A stretch of DNA of 64,000 nt, from the NCBI RefSeq assembly GCF_963921235.1, contig NC_086097.1:248746001-248810000 (forward strand), in the 5' to 3' direction. This stretch comes from Mobula hypostoma. Its lineage: Eukaryota. A program made the translations under genes and the position numbers. Positions within the stretch are counted from its first letter, which is position 1. The number at the start of each line of letters is the position of its first letter. Below are positions 1 to 13,029 of the stretch, piece by piece. Below the pieces are notes generated by a model that made no database searches, had not been told where the DNA came from, and saw nothing but the letters and a program-made list of their open reading frames with translations.

Positions 1-1431
1 TCTGCTACTACTCTCTGGTGGCTCCCACAAAGCCGATGTCTAATTCAATTTATGAATTATATGGTAATATATCACATATACATATGTCTAATTAAACATT
101 GAACATAGATCAGTACAGAGCCCTTCAGTCCACTGTGTTGTGCTGAACTATTAAACCTACTCCAAGATCAATCCAACCCTTCCTCAGAAGGGTAGGGAAA
201 GGAAGAGGAAGGCAGCAGTGATAGGGGGCTCTGTAGATAGGGGGTCAGACAGGAGATTCTGTGGACACAGGAAAGAAACTCGGATGGTAGTTTGCCTCCC
301 AGTTGCCAGGGTCCATGATTTCTCAGATGGCATCCAAGATATCCTGCAGTGGGAGGGAGACCAGCCAGAGGTCGTGGCACATATTGGTGCCAACAACATA
401 GGTAGGAAAAGGGAAGAGGTCCTGAAAACAGACTACAGGGAGTTAGGAAGGAAGTTGAGAAGCAGGACCGCAAAGGTAGTCATCTTGGGATTACTGCCTG
501 TGCCACGCGACAGTGAGTATAGGAATAGAATGAGGTGGAGGATAAATGTGTGGCTGAGGGATTGGAGCAGGGGGCCAGGGATTCAGATTTCTGGATCACT
601 GGGACCTCCTTTTGGGCAGGTGTGACCTGTACAAAAAGGACGGGTTGCACGTGAATCCCAGGGGGACCAATACCCTGGCAGGGAGGTTTGCTAAGGCTAC
701 TGGGGAGAGTTTAAACTAGAATTGCTCTGGCGTGGGAACCGAACTGAAGAGACTGGGGAAGAGGCAGTTGGCTCACAAATAGAGAAAGCTTGTAGACAGT
801 GCGAGAGGGAGGATAGGCAGGTGATAGAGAAGGGACGCGCTCAGACCGACAGTTTGAGGTGTGTCTATTTTAACACAAGGAGTATTGTGAACAAAGCGGA
901 TGAGCTTAGAGAGTGGGTCAGTACTTGGAGCTATGATGTTGTGGCCATTACAGAGACTGGGATGGCTCAGGGACAGGAATGGTTACTTCAAGTGCCGGGT
1001 TTTAGATGTTTCAGAAAGGACAGGGAGGGAGGCAAAAGAGGTGGGGGTGTGGCACTGTTGATCAGAGAGTGTCACGGCTGCAGAAAAGGTGGACACCATG
1101 GAGGGATTGTCTACGGAGTCTCTGTGGGTGGAGGTTAGGAACAGAAAGGGTCAATAACTTTACTGGGTGCTTTTTATAGGCCACCCAATAGTAACAGGGA
1201 TATCGAGGAGCAGATAGGGAAACAGATCCTGGAAAGGTGTAATAATAACAGAGTTGTCATGATGGGAGATTTTAATTTCCCAAATATCGATTGGCATCCC
1301 CCTAGAGCAAGGAGTTTAGATGGAGTGGAGTTTGTTAGTTTGCCGGCGACAGTGGTGGAGGTGGATACGATAGGGTCTTTTAAGATTCTCCTGGATTGGT
1401 ACATGGAGATTAGAAAAATAAAGGGCTATGT

Positions 1432-1640
1432 AAAGACTTACTTCCCATTTTTCTATTTTCTATTTATGATTTATAATTTAAATTTTTAATATTTACTAAT
1501 TTTAACTATTTTTAATATCTTTAATATTTAATATTTGTAATCCAGGGAGTGTGAAGCACAGAATCAAATATCACTGTGATAATTGTACGTTCTAGTACCA
1601 ATTGTTTGACGACAATAAAATATAAAGTATAAAGTATAAG
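1432..1640 (+). mobile_element. AT-rich LINE 3'-tail fragment inserted in CR1
   Basis: Interrupts the CR1 tail; ends AATAAAA followed by (TATAAAG)n; short TATGT duplication on both sides. Confidence 0.5.
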
Positions 1641-1653
1641 TATGTGTAACCCT

Positions 1654-1781
1654 GTAGGATCAACCCAGTCCTGACGAAGGGTTCTGGCCCGAAACCTTTT
1701 CCACGGATGCTGCCCGGCCTGCTAAGTTCCTCCAGCGTGTTGTGAGTGTTGCTTTGACCCCAGCATCTGCAGATTATTTTG
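1654..1781 (+). mobile_element. Penelope-like pLTR 3' fragment with truncated hammerhead
   Basis: CAGTCCTGACGAAGGG...CCCGAAAC followed by the pLTR end (CCAGCATCTGCAGA); TGTGTAACCCT duplicated at 1643-1653 and 1782-1792. Confidence 0.75.
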
Positions 1782-2309
1782 TGTGTAACCCTATGTAATT
1801 TCTAAAGTCAGTGCATGTTTGGCACAGCATTGTGGGCCAAAGGGCCTGTACTGTGCTGTACTATTCTATGTTCTATGTTCCATGTCTTTTGCTCCAAAGA
1901 AAAAAGCCCTAATCAGTCGATTTCTCCTCCTATGACATTCTCTGTAATCCAGGTGAAATCACAGCAAATCTCCTCTGGACCCTCTCTGAAGCTTCCACAT
2001 CCTTCCTATAATAAGGCTTAATAAACCTGGCAGCCTAGGATTTCTATAGGACATATTGCCTGAGAAAACTGACGGTCCATTTTGGCTCAGGGAGCTTTAC
2101 TGTTTGGAAATTTGGAGGATTAACTCCAGAAAGCATTCATGGTTTTAATATATTGAGATTCTGATTTACCTAACACCACATTCTGGTGCTAACACAGCAT
2201 TGCCACGTTGCTCGGTAGAACAACACAGAACATATACAAATCACGCCACACCAACAACGAAACGGCAACAGCAATAGAAGCCTCTTTCCTTACATTCCAT
2301 TCTGATTCA

Positions 2310-2515
2310 TTTCCACAGGTGGCTGTGGAGGCCAAGTTATTCAGTATATTTAAAGTGGAGGTTGATAAGATCTTGATTAGTCGACATCAAAGCATCAAAG
2401 ATCACGGGGAGTAGGCAGGAGAAAGGGTTTCAGAGGGATAATAAATAATCCAAGATGGAATGGCAGTGCAGATTCAATGGGCTGAATCGCCTAATTCTGC
2501 TTCTGTGTCTAATGG
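2310..2515 (+). mobile_element. CR1 3'-end fragment
   Basis: GCTGTGGAGGCCAAGT...TATATTTAAAGTGGAGGTTGATA and a tail shared with other CR1 copies in the window. Confidence 0.7.
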
Positions 2516-2517
2516 TC

Positions 2518-2530
2518 ACACACACTCACA

Positions 2531-2583
<53 letters not shown>
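2518..2583. repeat. (CA)n microsatellite
   Basis: Direct read of a near-perfect CA run. Confidence 0.95.
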
Positions 2584-2585
<2 letters not shown>

Positions 2586-2825
2586 TTCTGTACCTAGGCA
2601 GGCCAAAATCTGCCAAGTTGATATGTTAGGCTGGGGATAAGTGGTGCATTTGGGGAGATGGGAAGGATGGGTCATGAGGAGCAGAAGAAGCAACAAAATT
2701 CAGAATGTAGGAGCACCTAGGCTTCATTGTCTGGAAAAATATCTTAATCGCTACCAATTGAATTCAACACCCATCTGAAGTTGAAGGTGGATCGAACACC
2801 ATCTATATATTCACCAAGCTGTCAG

Positions 2826-3820
2826 AATCTCCAATAGTGACGAGGAGATGTACAGGAGTGGAGTAGATCGGCTGCTTAGATGGTGATCAACAACAACCTT
2901 GCACTCATTGTCAGTAGGAGCAAAGAATTGATTCCAGGAAGGGGAAGTCAGGAGAACATGCACTAGGTCCTCATCAGGGGCCAGCAGTGCAAAAGGTGAG
3001 TAGCTTCAAGATCGTGGGTGTCAACGTCTCTGAAGTTCAATCCTGGGCCCAACATATATTCATGCAATTATGAAAAGGGCACAACAGAGCTATAATTCAT
3101 TAGGAGTTTGAGGAGATTTGGTATGTAACCAACAATTCTAGTGAATTTCTACAGATGTACGGTGGAGAGCATTCTGACTGGTTACATCACTGTCTGGAAT
3201 GGGACGGGGGGGGGGCAATGCACAGGATCAGAAAAGCTGCAGAGGGTTGTAAACTCAGAAAACTCCATCACGGGCACCAGCCTAAGGCTGTGGAGGCCAA
3301 GTCTCTGGATGCCTTCAAGAAAGGGATGGATAGAGCTCTTAAAGATAGTGGAATCAAAGGTTATGGGGATAAGGCAAGAACTGGATACTGATTGTGCATG
3401 ATCAGCCATGATCACGGTGAATGGCGGTGCTGGCTCGAAGGGCTGAATGGCCTACTCCTGCACCTATTGTCTATTGTCTATTGTCTATTGTCTATCAAGG
3501 AAATCTTCAAAAGGCAATGCCTCAAGAAGGGAGCATCCATCATTAAGGACTCTTACCATCTGGGACGTAAACACCTCTCAATTCTAACATCAGGGAGGAG
3601 CCTCAGCACGGACACTCAGCATTTTAAGTACAGCTTCTCTCCCTCTGAGCATTTCATGAACTCCTGAACACTACCTCATTGTCTTGCTCGCTTTTTGCAT
3701 TATTTATTTATTTATTATATTTCCTATTGTAACTTAGAATAGTTATTCTATGTGCTGCACAGTACTGCCGCCACAAAACAACAAATTTCACAATATATAT
3801 CAGTGATTCTGATTCTGAAA
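2826..3820 (+). mobile_element. Rex1/Babar-type LINE 3' fragment, with a CR1 tail inserted at ~3285-3495
   Basis: NFYRCTVESILTGYITVW motif of Rex1 C-terminus; ends in GATTCT repeats; the insert carries AVEAKSLDAFKK and a CTATTGT-repeat tail. Confidence 0.75.
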
Positions 3821-4159
3821 GAGAAGACACAGCCAGTGATATATATTTCATGCTATGGACAAGCGATCAAAGAACGGATTCAGTCTGAAGAAAAGGAAGA
3901 CAGGGAGACAGATGCTGAGAGGAGAGAAGAGGTGTTAGTGAGGGGGATCGGATGGAAATTAAAGATTTGGAGACAGAAGGGGGGTTGAGAGAAGTGAGAA
4001 ATCAAACAACAGAGAAGCAACCAAGCAGCAATGATCTGGGGCATTGAAGTTGATACTGGAGCAGAGAAGTTGAGTTTATGCATGAACTTAATAGGGTTGC
4101 AAGTTGATAGGGTTGTTCAGAAGGCATTTGATGTGTTGGTCTTCATTAGTTGGGAGCAT

Positions 4160-4600
4160 CAAAGTTCAAAGTACATTTATTATCAAAGTACATGTATGTC
4201 ACCATCTACAACCCTGAGATTTATTTTCTTGCGGGCATACTCAATAAATCCAATAACCATAGAAGAATCAATGATACACCCACACCAACAGGGTGACAAC
4301 CGGTGTGCAAGAGACAACAAACTGGGCAAATACAAAAAGAAAGAAAAATAATAACAATAAATAAATCAGCAATGAATATCGAGAAGATGAGGCAAAGAGA
4401 CTATGAAAGTGAGTCCATAGGTTGTGAGAGCAGTTTAGTAACGGGGGAGGTGAAGCTTTGGTTCAGGAGCCTGATGGTTGAGGGGTAATAGCTGTTCCTG
4501 AACCTGGTGGTGTGGGTCCTGAGGCTCCTGGACCTTCTTCCTGATGGCAGCAGTGAGAAGAGAGCATGACCTGGGTGGTGGGAGGGTCCCTGATGATGGA
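4160..4600 (-). mobile_element. Rex1-type LINE 3' fragment
   Basis: Minus-strand HPGHALFSLLPSGRRSRSLRTHTTRFRNSYYPSTIRLLN, the typical Rex1 C-terminus. Confidence 0.75.
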
Positions 4601-4604
4601 TCTG

Positions 4605-4952
4605 TATTCCCAGGGTGAAGGAGGTAATAAGAGCCGTGGATAGAATGGACACCCAGAGACTTTTTCCCGGATCAGAAATGGCTAATACGAGGGATGATAA
4701 TTTTAAGGTGATTGGATGGGGGGATGTCAGAGGTAAGTTCTTTACAAAGAGTGGTGAGGCATGGAATGTGCCGCCAGGAGTTGTGGATACATTAGGGGCA
4801 TTGAGGAGACTCTTAGATAGGCACATGGATGATAGGAAAATGGAGGGTTATGTCGGAGGGAAGCGTTAGGTTGATCTGAGAGTAGGTTAAAAGGTCAGCA
4901 CAACATCATGGGCCAAAGGGCTGTAATGTTATGTTTTCTATGTTCTATGTTC
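4605..4952 (+). mobile_element. CR1 3'-end fragment
   Basis: IRAVDRMDTQRLFP...DVRGKFF C-terminus and TTCTATG tail. Confidence 0.7.
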
Positions 4953-6406
4953 TAATTTCTACATGAAGATGATGTACGTGGTGGAGACAGAGCAGTGTTA
5001 CCCACTGTAAAACCCTGTGCCAGATAGAACTCCCCTCCTGGGGAAACCTGGCTGACTGTGGTGAGTAATAAAAGTCCTGTTAAACTGGAGGCACGCAGTC
5101 TGCCTATAGTATTTCCAGATTGTTCATAGTTTAACCTCGTCTCATCCAAGCATTAAACCATGCAAAAAAAAAGCATATCAGGCAAAAGGCAAAAGACAAG
5201 TGAAAAATACAGATAATATAAAGTATCAAACCACAAAGTGCCTAGCAATGTTCAGTGTAGTTCAGTTCAATTTAGTACTGCGTTGTTCATTGACTGCAGT
5301 CCGCCCCGATCAAAATTGCACAAAACAGCAATAAAAAAAGGTGTAACCAGAAACTGGAAACCCGTTATAACATGAAATGCAGAGTCCAATCCACAAAATG
5401 TGTTAATTAAACCCTGCCCAAGACTGAAGATTTTGGACAGATTAGAGATTAGAGATTAGAGAAGTCAAGAGCAGGGTCTTTCCCCTAGGAGCAGTGAGGG
5501 AGAGAGAGAGACTGGTCAAACACAGGGAGACGGTACTGAACACCAGCTCACCTTCTGCTCTCGTCCTTGTTGATTTCAATCTTGCTTGATGCTATATTTG
5601 ACGACACCGGCGACAAATGGAGTCGGTCATGGGCTCGCGCCATGCCTCCAGGTTTCTTGACCTCCAGGCTGCACACTCCGCTCCACACCCCATTGAAGTC
5701 CCTTGAAGATAGAAAAGTTGACTCTTGACCTCACAATCTACCCCACTTTATTCTGCATTCTGTTGACGTTTTCCCTCACTGCATCTGTTTTATCACTGTG
5801 TAATAATTTGGTCTGTCCGCAAAGCAAGCTTTTAACTTTACATGTGACAACAGTAAATCAAATCTACTTCAATATGACTTTGTACCTTAATGTCTGCCTG
5901 CACTGCACTCTACTTTCTCGTTAACTGTAACAGTTTATTTGGCACTCTGTTATTGTTTTATCTTGTGCTACTTCAATGCAGGTTGAAATAAGTTGATCTG
6001 TATGTACAGTATGCAAGTTTTACACCGTACCTTGGTACAAATGACAGTACTAAACCCACTTACCAATTTACTTTCACACCCAGGGTGGGAACTGAATTCT
6101 TCACACTGTGCTTCTCAGATGTTTCCTTGGTATTGTCTTCATCTCAGAGTCACACAGTAACCTTTCCTAGGCTGCCTATTACAAGTAGACAGAGATGCCT
6201 TGAGAACTTCAGGAAAAGAGGAAAAAATGCTTATTAAGAGGAAGAACACCACTGTTTCAAAGTAGCAAGCCAGAGAGTGACATCCTGCAAGGCAAGAGCC
6301 ATTCGGAAACTGCAAGTCTCGTCAGGAGTGAGTTTTATTTGAGACAATAAAAAGAAGTTATAAGTGGAGCAGCCATTCTGGGAGGGGCCATTGATGGAGT
6401 GGGCCA

Positions 6407-6656
6407 TATAGTGTGTTTAATATTTCAGTAATACTTGCGTAATATTGTAAATACATTGTTTGATTAAGCATTCTTTGATTGTTTAAATAATTCATCATGG
6501 GTTATATGTAAGAACTATGTGAATGGCACACGTCATTATGCCATCGCGTCAAATTTGAGCACCTTACTGAAAACCTGGAAAAAAAACTAAGTAGACCAAT
6601 CATCTTGGTTCTTGTATTTTCCTTTCAATTAGCTTATGGAGTTACAAAACAGAACA
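6407..6656 (+). repeat. 5' LTR of Gypsy element
   Basis: Matches 12725-12927 and, on the minus strand, ~60988-61215; ends ...AAACAGAACA before the PBS. Confidence 0.8.
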
Positions 6657-7068
6657 GTGGCAATGAGGAAGTTTTGAAAAGAACCCAAGATGACTCCCTC
6701 CCTGTTGAAGCACAGCTTGTGTTTTCTTCAGAAAAGGAGAGAAACACGAGTTTTAAAAAAGGCAGAAAACAGACAAGATTAACAAGCAATGAGTATGGCC
6801 ATGGGTTCATAAACAGTGAGTACTGGATGATAGTAATAATAAATCTAAAGAATCAGAAATGGCTGGCTATGTCGAAAAGATAGACATGTTTGATTGCACA
6901 TCCGATAAGTGGATGATTCATCTGAATGAATTGAGCATTATTTTGAAGCAAATAAAATGAGTGCCAGGGTTGCTGAGTGAAATGTGTGGAAAAGCTACTG
7001 TTTGCTTAGAATTTTAATAGCTCCAACCAAATCAGCTGAAATGAGCTTTGCTATTTCATGAATGTAAT

Positions 7069-7383
7069 TTTTTTTATTTCAAAATATACTTTATTCAAAA
7101 ATAAATATATACAATAAACCATTCAATAACTTTTCATCCTTTACATACGTTTGCATTATACACAGTACATATCCGTATTTATAGCCACCCACGTGGCACT
7201 CCAGTAGTTCAGCTTACCATATCATTTCATTGTTGAGGGGTATACTCCCCGCCCTCCGACCCCTCCCACTCCCACGGGTGGAGAAACCTATACTGTGGTC
7301 CTTCCCCACCGGGCCCCTGCGGTGGCTGCACCAAGTTTCAGTGCATCCCTCAGCACGTACTCCTGCAGCCGAGAATGTGCCAG
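7069..7383 (-). mobile_element. 5'-truncated Tx1/L1-clade LINE
   Basis: Minus strand encodes HSRLQEYVLRDALKLGAATAGARWGRTTV*, then AATAAA and poly(A); 13-bp TSD TCATGAATGTAAT at 7056-7068 and 7384-7396. Confidence 0.8.
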
Positions 7384-8039
7384 TCATGAATGTAATGCAG
7401 GAACATTTAGAAGCAAAACCATTGTTGATTGCAAAATGCTTCAGAGTTCATAAGCTGAATCAAAAGGAAGGGGAGTCCATTTTAACTTATGTGACTGAAT
7501 TGAAGAAATTGTCCAAGCATTGTCGGTTCAGTGAAAGGCTTAATAATGCACTGAGAGATCATTTAATTTGTGAAATCTTTCAAGAAAGCATTCAAAACCA
7601 GCTCCTAATTGAAGCACAACTCATATTTAAAAGAGCAGTTGAAATCACCCTATCAATTTAAACAGCAGACAGAAATGCAATTGAGTTGCATTCAGGAATA
7701 AAAATGAGCTTGAGCAAAAGTCCAATGTCTAAACATAAATCTGCCTGGCCGAACAAATTGTATAACCATTGTGGCAGGGCTCACATGCTCCAGACCAATG
7801 CAGATTTAAAGGTGAAATTTGCAGAAAATGCAACAAAGTAGGACACATACAAAGACCATGTCAGGCGAAAGCTTGCAAGAGACAAGCAATATGGCTTACA
7901 CCAGAAGTAAACGGCAAATTAATTAAAATGGAATTGGACGCTGGCTCAGCTGTTTCAGTCATCCCACAAGATGGGTTCCAACAGCATGTCACAAACACTA
8001 AACTGAAGCCTGTAGGTATCCAACTAGGAACTTTTTTTT

Positions 8040-8715
8040 TAGATTATGAGAACACTCAGTCCTCTTTTATTGTTATTTAGAAATGCATACATCCATTAAG
8101 AAATGATACAATGTTTCTCCGGAGTGATATCACAGAAAACAAGACAGACCAAAGACTAACACTGACAGAACCACATAATCGTAACATTTTGTTTCAGCAG
8201 TGCAAAGCAATACCATAATTTGATGAAGAACAAACCATGGGCACAGTAAAAAACAGTCTCAAAGTCCCGAGCCGATCGACTCCTGAGTCCCCGATAGCAG
8301 GCGGCAAAAGGGAGAAACTCCCTGCCATAAACCTCCAGGCACCGACAACTGCCGATGCATTGGAAGCAGCCGACCACAGCCGACACTGAGTCCGTCCATC
8401 CAAAAACTTCGAGCCTCTGACCAGCCCCTCCGATACAGCCTCCTGAGTGCCATCCTCTGCCGAGCGCCTTCAAACTCGCCCCGGCCGCTGAAACAAGCAA
8501 AGCTGTGGATTCGAGGCCTTCTGCTCCGGAGATTCCGGTTACCACACAGTAGCAGCGGCAGCGAAGCGGGCATTTCAGAAGTTTTCCAGATGTTCCGCTG
8601 GGCTCTCACATCTGTCTCCATCAAATCAGAATTGTACACGGTCCCCTACTTGACAGATAACAGATATTCAACACCGGAGAGGCCGTGCGCGCTGTCGTCG
8701 CGCCATCTCCTCCCC
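8040..8715 (-). mobile_element. ~650-bp non-coding retroposon (YY1-head family), copy 1
   Basis: Homologous to copies at 16354, 18489, 33411, 50487 and 59345; interrupts the Gypsy protease region. Confidence 0.8.
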
Positions 8716-9240
8716 ACTCCTGGGAGAAAAAATAACTACTGTGAGAATGACGTTCCTGATAGTGAAATACCACAACTAGCAAGCCAAATTGGGCTTGGAT
8801 GTGGTAGAAACAGGAGGGCCAGTATTTTGGAGACTTGAGTGGCTGAGTGGATTAGAGATGCATCCACCGTTTGCATGCACATCCCCTGCAATAGGGACAA
8901 GTGAAAGCAAATTAAGAAAGGCACTGGATGAGGTCACAGCAGTGTTCAAGGATGGCATTGGAAATCTCAAACACATCATGGGTAAAATAGTGTTAAATGA
9001 AAATGCCAAACCCAAGTCTGGCAAAGCCTGTCCGGTTCCTTATACCGTCCATGATAAAGTAGCCAGTGAGCTAGATCACATGGGCTGAAGGAACTCTCTC
9101 CAAGTTTGAGTGGAGCCCATAACTAATGCTAGTAATCCCCAGAGGCGAAGCAGGATGGGTCTGTCAGGACCTGTATTAATTTTAAGGTCACCATCAATCC
9201 GGTACTGAGAGTAGATCAATACCCTCTGTCCGGGATAGAA

Positions 9241-9565
9241 AGATAGAAAATAGGAGTAGGCCATTTGGCTGATCATCCAACTCAGAACCCTGTACCTGCC
9301 TTCTCTCCATACCCCCGATCCCTTTAGCCACAAGGGCCATATCTAACTCCCTCTTAAATATAGCCAATGAACCGGCCTCAACTGTTTCCTGTGGCAGAGA
9401 ATTCCACAGATTCACCGCTCTCTGTGTGAAGATGTTTTTCCTCATCTCAGTCCTAAAAGGCTTCCCCTTTATCCTCAAACTGTGACCCCTCGTTCTGGAC
9501 TTCCCCAACATCGGGAATAATCTTCCTGCATCTAGCCTGTCCAATCCCTTTAGAATTTTATACAT
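9241..9565 (-). mobile_element. 5'-truncated CR1 inserted in Gypsy RT
   Basis: YKILKGLDRLDAGRLFP...RTRGHSLRIKGKPFRTEMRKNIFTQRAVNLWNSLP. Confidence 0.85.
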
Positions 9566-9905
9566 TAGAGGATGTCTTTGCAAACCTCCCTGGAGGAAAG
9601 CACTTCATCAATGTGGACTTAGCTGAGGCCCATCTACAGATGGAGATGGAAGAAGAGCCCAAAGTGTTTCTCACTATAAACACTCACTAAGGGCTCATTC
9701 ACTATAATAGGCTTATTTTTGGAGTAGCATCTGCACCGACACTCCGGCAGAAAGCTAGGGACCAGGGGCTGCAAGGTGTTACCTGGATGACATCAACGTC
9801 AACAGTGAAGATGTCAAGGAACATCTCCAACATCTCAAGACAGCATTAAAAAGATTAGAAGATTATGGGCTCAGAGCATAATGCAACAAGTATGAATTCT
9901 TTAAG

Positions 9906-11192
9906 CAAGAAAATCTGCAGATGCTGGGAGTTTGAGGAACTCAGCAGGTCAGGCAGCATCTGTGGAAATGAATAAACCAACAACATTTTGGGTTGAGACC
10001 CTTCCTCAGGACCGAGAGGGAAGGGGGAACACGGCAGAATAAAAAGTTGGTCAGGGTGGGGTGGGGGGAAGGAGGCTAGCTGGAAGGCAATAGGTGAAGC
10101 CAGGTGGGTGGGAAAAGTCAAGGGCTGGAGGAGAAGTAATCTGATTATGAGGGGAGAGCGGAGCATAGGAGAAAGGGAAGGAGGAGGCGACCCAGGGTGA
10201 AGTGCTAGGCAGGTGTGAAGAGGGAAAAGGTCAGAGTGGGGAGTATGTGGAATAGAGGAAGGGGAGGAGGGCATCTTTTTATCAGAAGCAGAAATCAATC
10301 AATGTTCATGCCAACAGCCTGGAGGTTACTCAGACGGAATATAAGTTGTTCCTCCTCCACCCTGAGGGGTGGCCGCATCTTGCCACAAGAGGAGGTCTTG
10401 GAGCAGGAGTGGGAACCGGAATTAAAGTGTTGACCACAAGGAAGTTCTGCTTGTGGCGGATGGAGCAGAGGTGCTCGGTGATTCAAGACGGGTCTCGCCA
10501 ATGTGGAGGCGGCTGCACTGGGAGAACCGGACACAACAGATCCCCAGCAGATTCGCAGGTGAAGTATTACCTCACCAAGGGGGACTGTTTGGGGCCCTGA
10601 ATGGAAGTGAGGGAGGAGCTATATAGGCAGGTGCAGAACTTGGGCTGCATGCAGGATTAAGTGCCTGGAGGGAGATTAGCGGGGAGGGTCGAATGGACAA
10701 GAGAATCACGGAGGGAGTGATCCCTGTGGAAAGTGGCTGGGGGTGGAGTGGGTGATAAAAATATTTTTAGTGGTGGGGTCCCTTTGGAAATGATGGAATT
10801 TACAGAAGATCAGTGTTGGATGCAGAGGCTGACAGGATAGTAGGTAAGGACAAGAGGAACTCTATCATTGTTAAGGTGGGGTGAGCGCAGATGTTTGGGA
10901 AATGGAGGAGATGCAGGAGAGAGCAGCACCAATAGTGGAGGGAGGGAAACCCCTTTCTTCGAGGGAGGACATCTCTGATGTCCTGGAACAGAAAGCCACG
11001 TCCAGAGAACAGATGCGACAGAGACAAAGGAATTGAGAAAAAGGAACAGCTTTTTTTTACAGAAGATAGGGTGGGAAAGGTATAGTCAAGATAACCAGTG
11101 GGAATTAGTAGGTTTATAGAAGATGGCGGTTGACATCACGGAGGGAGTAATCCCTGTGGAAAGTGGTGGGGGAGTGGAAGATAAAGATGTTT
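9906..11192 (-). mobile_element. Penelope-like element (Neptune-type): pLTR, GIY-YIG and RT C-terminal remnant
   Basis: LRVEEEQLIFRLSNLQAVGMNID; pLTR end at 9906-10012; internal segment ~10705-10765 repeated at ~11136-11192. Confidence 0.8.
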
Positions 11193-12217
11193 TCACTTCA
11201 AAATGGAAGAGTCGGCGCAAAGATTTGTCTGGAGACATGGGATAAATCAGCAGATCGAGCAGCTCACCAAATACTGTTCAGGATGCCAACACTCCCAGAA
11301 GATGCCAGGACCAGCACTTCTCCATACCTGTGAATGACCTGCAGTGCCCTGGCAGAGTATTCATGTGGATTTTGCCAGACCATTCATGGGCACAAGTTCC
11401 TTGGTAGCAGTGGATGCAGCTACAAAATGGCCAGACGTGTCCCCAACAGCCTCCACTACAGCCTCACACACTGTTGATGTGTTGAGAAGCCTCTTCTGAA
11501 GACTGGTGTTCCAGAACATTTAGTCAGTGACAATGAACTGTGGTTTGTTGCAGAACAGTTTTAGTCATTCCAGAAAATGAATGGAATAAGACATATCACA
11601 TCCGCACCGTACCACCCAGGTACGAGTGGCTTGGTGGAAAAGTTTGTCCAAAGTCTAAGGAATGCACTGTGAGCTATGTCAGCAGAACACACTACACTGA
11701 CACTGAATCAGAAATTTGCCACTTTTCTCTGCATATCGCAATGCAGCACACTCCACAAGCAACCAATAACTCACCAGTTATGCTGTTCCTGGTTCGTCCC
11801 TTGTGTTCATGCTTGGATCTCCTCAAACCCAATCTCAAGAGGAGTATGCAGTACAAACAGTGAGACAAATCGAGGACTCCTCAAACAAGAAGGTTTGATG
11901 TTTCACTCCCGGACAAGCGGTCCTGGTGAGGGACTACACAGGGTGATCAAAAGTGGGTTCTCAGAAAGATTAAGGACAGAACTGGACCACGTTCCTACAC
12001 AGTGGATATGGTGTCTGATATCATCTGGAGATGACATACAGTATCAATCAGTTGAGATGAGCAGAGTCAATAGTTAGAGAAGAGAGGTGTCCAGAGTGTT
12101 AGAACAAGTTCCAGAAGCAACTCCTACAACCTCACGGAGAAGGCCCCAGACCAGAGATTGTTTCACAGCCACAAATCTTATCTGCCACATAGAGTGACTC
12201 CCTTCTGTGTATAGATA

Positions 12218-12722
12218 CAGTAGTGTGCAAAATTATTAGGCAGGTCTATGTATCTAGGGTGTCTAAGACTTTTGAACAAAACTATATTTGTCAACTTGGA
12301 GTGGAGACCAAGTTTGTAAATCTGGTTGGAGCAAAGGATGTTGGGAATGGTGAGGGTGGAGCGTCACGGGAGGGGTGTGGGACAGGTAGCAGAGGAGCTC
12401 TGAGACACCAGGCAAGGTCATTTGATTCCAAACAGTTGGTTTATTGATGATTAGAGAATGCCTCTGGGGCTTCCTGCTCCCTCCCCTCTCCCTTCCCCTT
12501 TTCCGAACCATGATTCCCCTCTCCCTGTCCCCTTCCCACTCCCAGTCCACAATAGAGACCCATATCAGAATCAGGTTTATCATCACTTGCATCTGTCAGG
12601 AAATTTGTTATTTTTCCCACTGCAGTACAGTGCAATACACAAAATTACACAACAGTACTGTGCAAAAGTCTTAGGCACCCTAGATATACTGTGTATACAC
12701 CTAAGACTTCTTGCACAGTACT
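12218..12722. mobile_element. Non-autonomous Tc1/mariner-like element with ~70-bp self-palindromic TIRs
   Basis: CAGTA(C/G)TGTGCAAAA termini; palindromic units at 12218-12286 and 12653-12722 are inverted relative to each other; inserted at a TA in the Gypsy 3' LTR. Confidence 0.7.
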
Positions 12723-12724
12723 AT

Positions 12725-12927
12725 TGAATGATTAAAACTTCTTTATTTACATAATTCATTATGGATTATATGTAAGAAGTACGTGAATGGGTACACGTCA
12801 TTACACCACCACGTCACCTGTGAGAGTCTCACGGAGCAAAAAGGGGGGGGGGGAGAAACAAAGTAGGCAAGTATTCCGGCTCCCGTGTTTTCCCTACGAT
12901 TAGTTTCTGGAGTTACCAAACATAACA
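12725..12927 (+). repeat. 3' LTR remnant of Gypsy element
   Basis: Aligns to ~6460-6656; ends ...AAACATAACA. Confidence 0.75.
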
Positions 12928-12935
12928 GCCCAGTG

Positions 12936-13029
12936 GAACACACAAAATGCTGGAGCAACTCAGCAGGTCAGGCAGCGTCTATGGAAACGAGTAAACAGTC
13001 AACGTTCCAGGCCGAGGCCCTTCTTCGGA
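12936..13029 (-). mobile_element. Penelope pLTR mini-insert with degenerate hammerhead
   Basis: pLTR sequence flanked by CCAGTG at 12930-12935 and 13030-13035. Confidence 0.7.

Larger units (their letters stand above)
186..1890 (+). mobile_element. CR1-clade LINE, internally deleted (ORF1 esterase and APE endonuclease N-terminus joined to the 3' end; RT missing)
   Basis: ORF 218-625 is an SGNH/GDSL esterase typical of CR1 ORF1 (VVAHIGANNIG). 850-1335 encodes APE motifs (CVYFNTRSI, VVAITET, MGDFNFP). At ~1337 the sequence jumps to the CR1 3' end, which finishes in TTCTATG repeats. Confidence 0.85.
6407..12927 (+). mobile_element. Gypsy LTR retrotransposon, probably Mag-like clade, degenerate
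   Basis: Similar LTRs at both ends; PBS-like TGGCAATGAGG at 6658; gag start MAGYVEKIDMFD at 6859; Cys/His knuckles (CRKCNKVGHIQRPC); protease MELDAGSAVSVI; RT FKVTINPVL and YLDDI; integrase ~11330-11830; TSD GGCCA/GCCCA. Confidence 0.85.

Noticed and set aside
3845..3925. Possible minus-strand terminal exon (pyrimidine tract, CAG, LNPFFDRLSIA*)
   Set aside because: No partner exons in the window, no recognisable protein, and the purine-rich low-complexity plus strand explains the tract.
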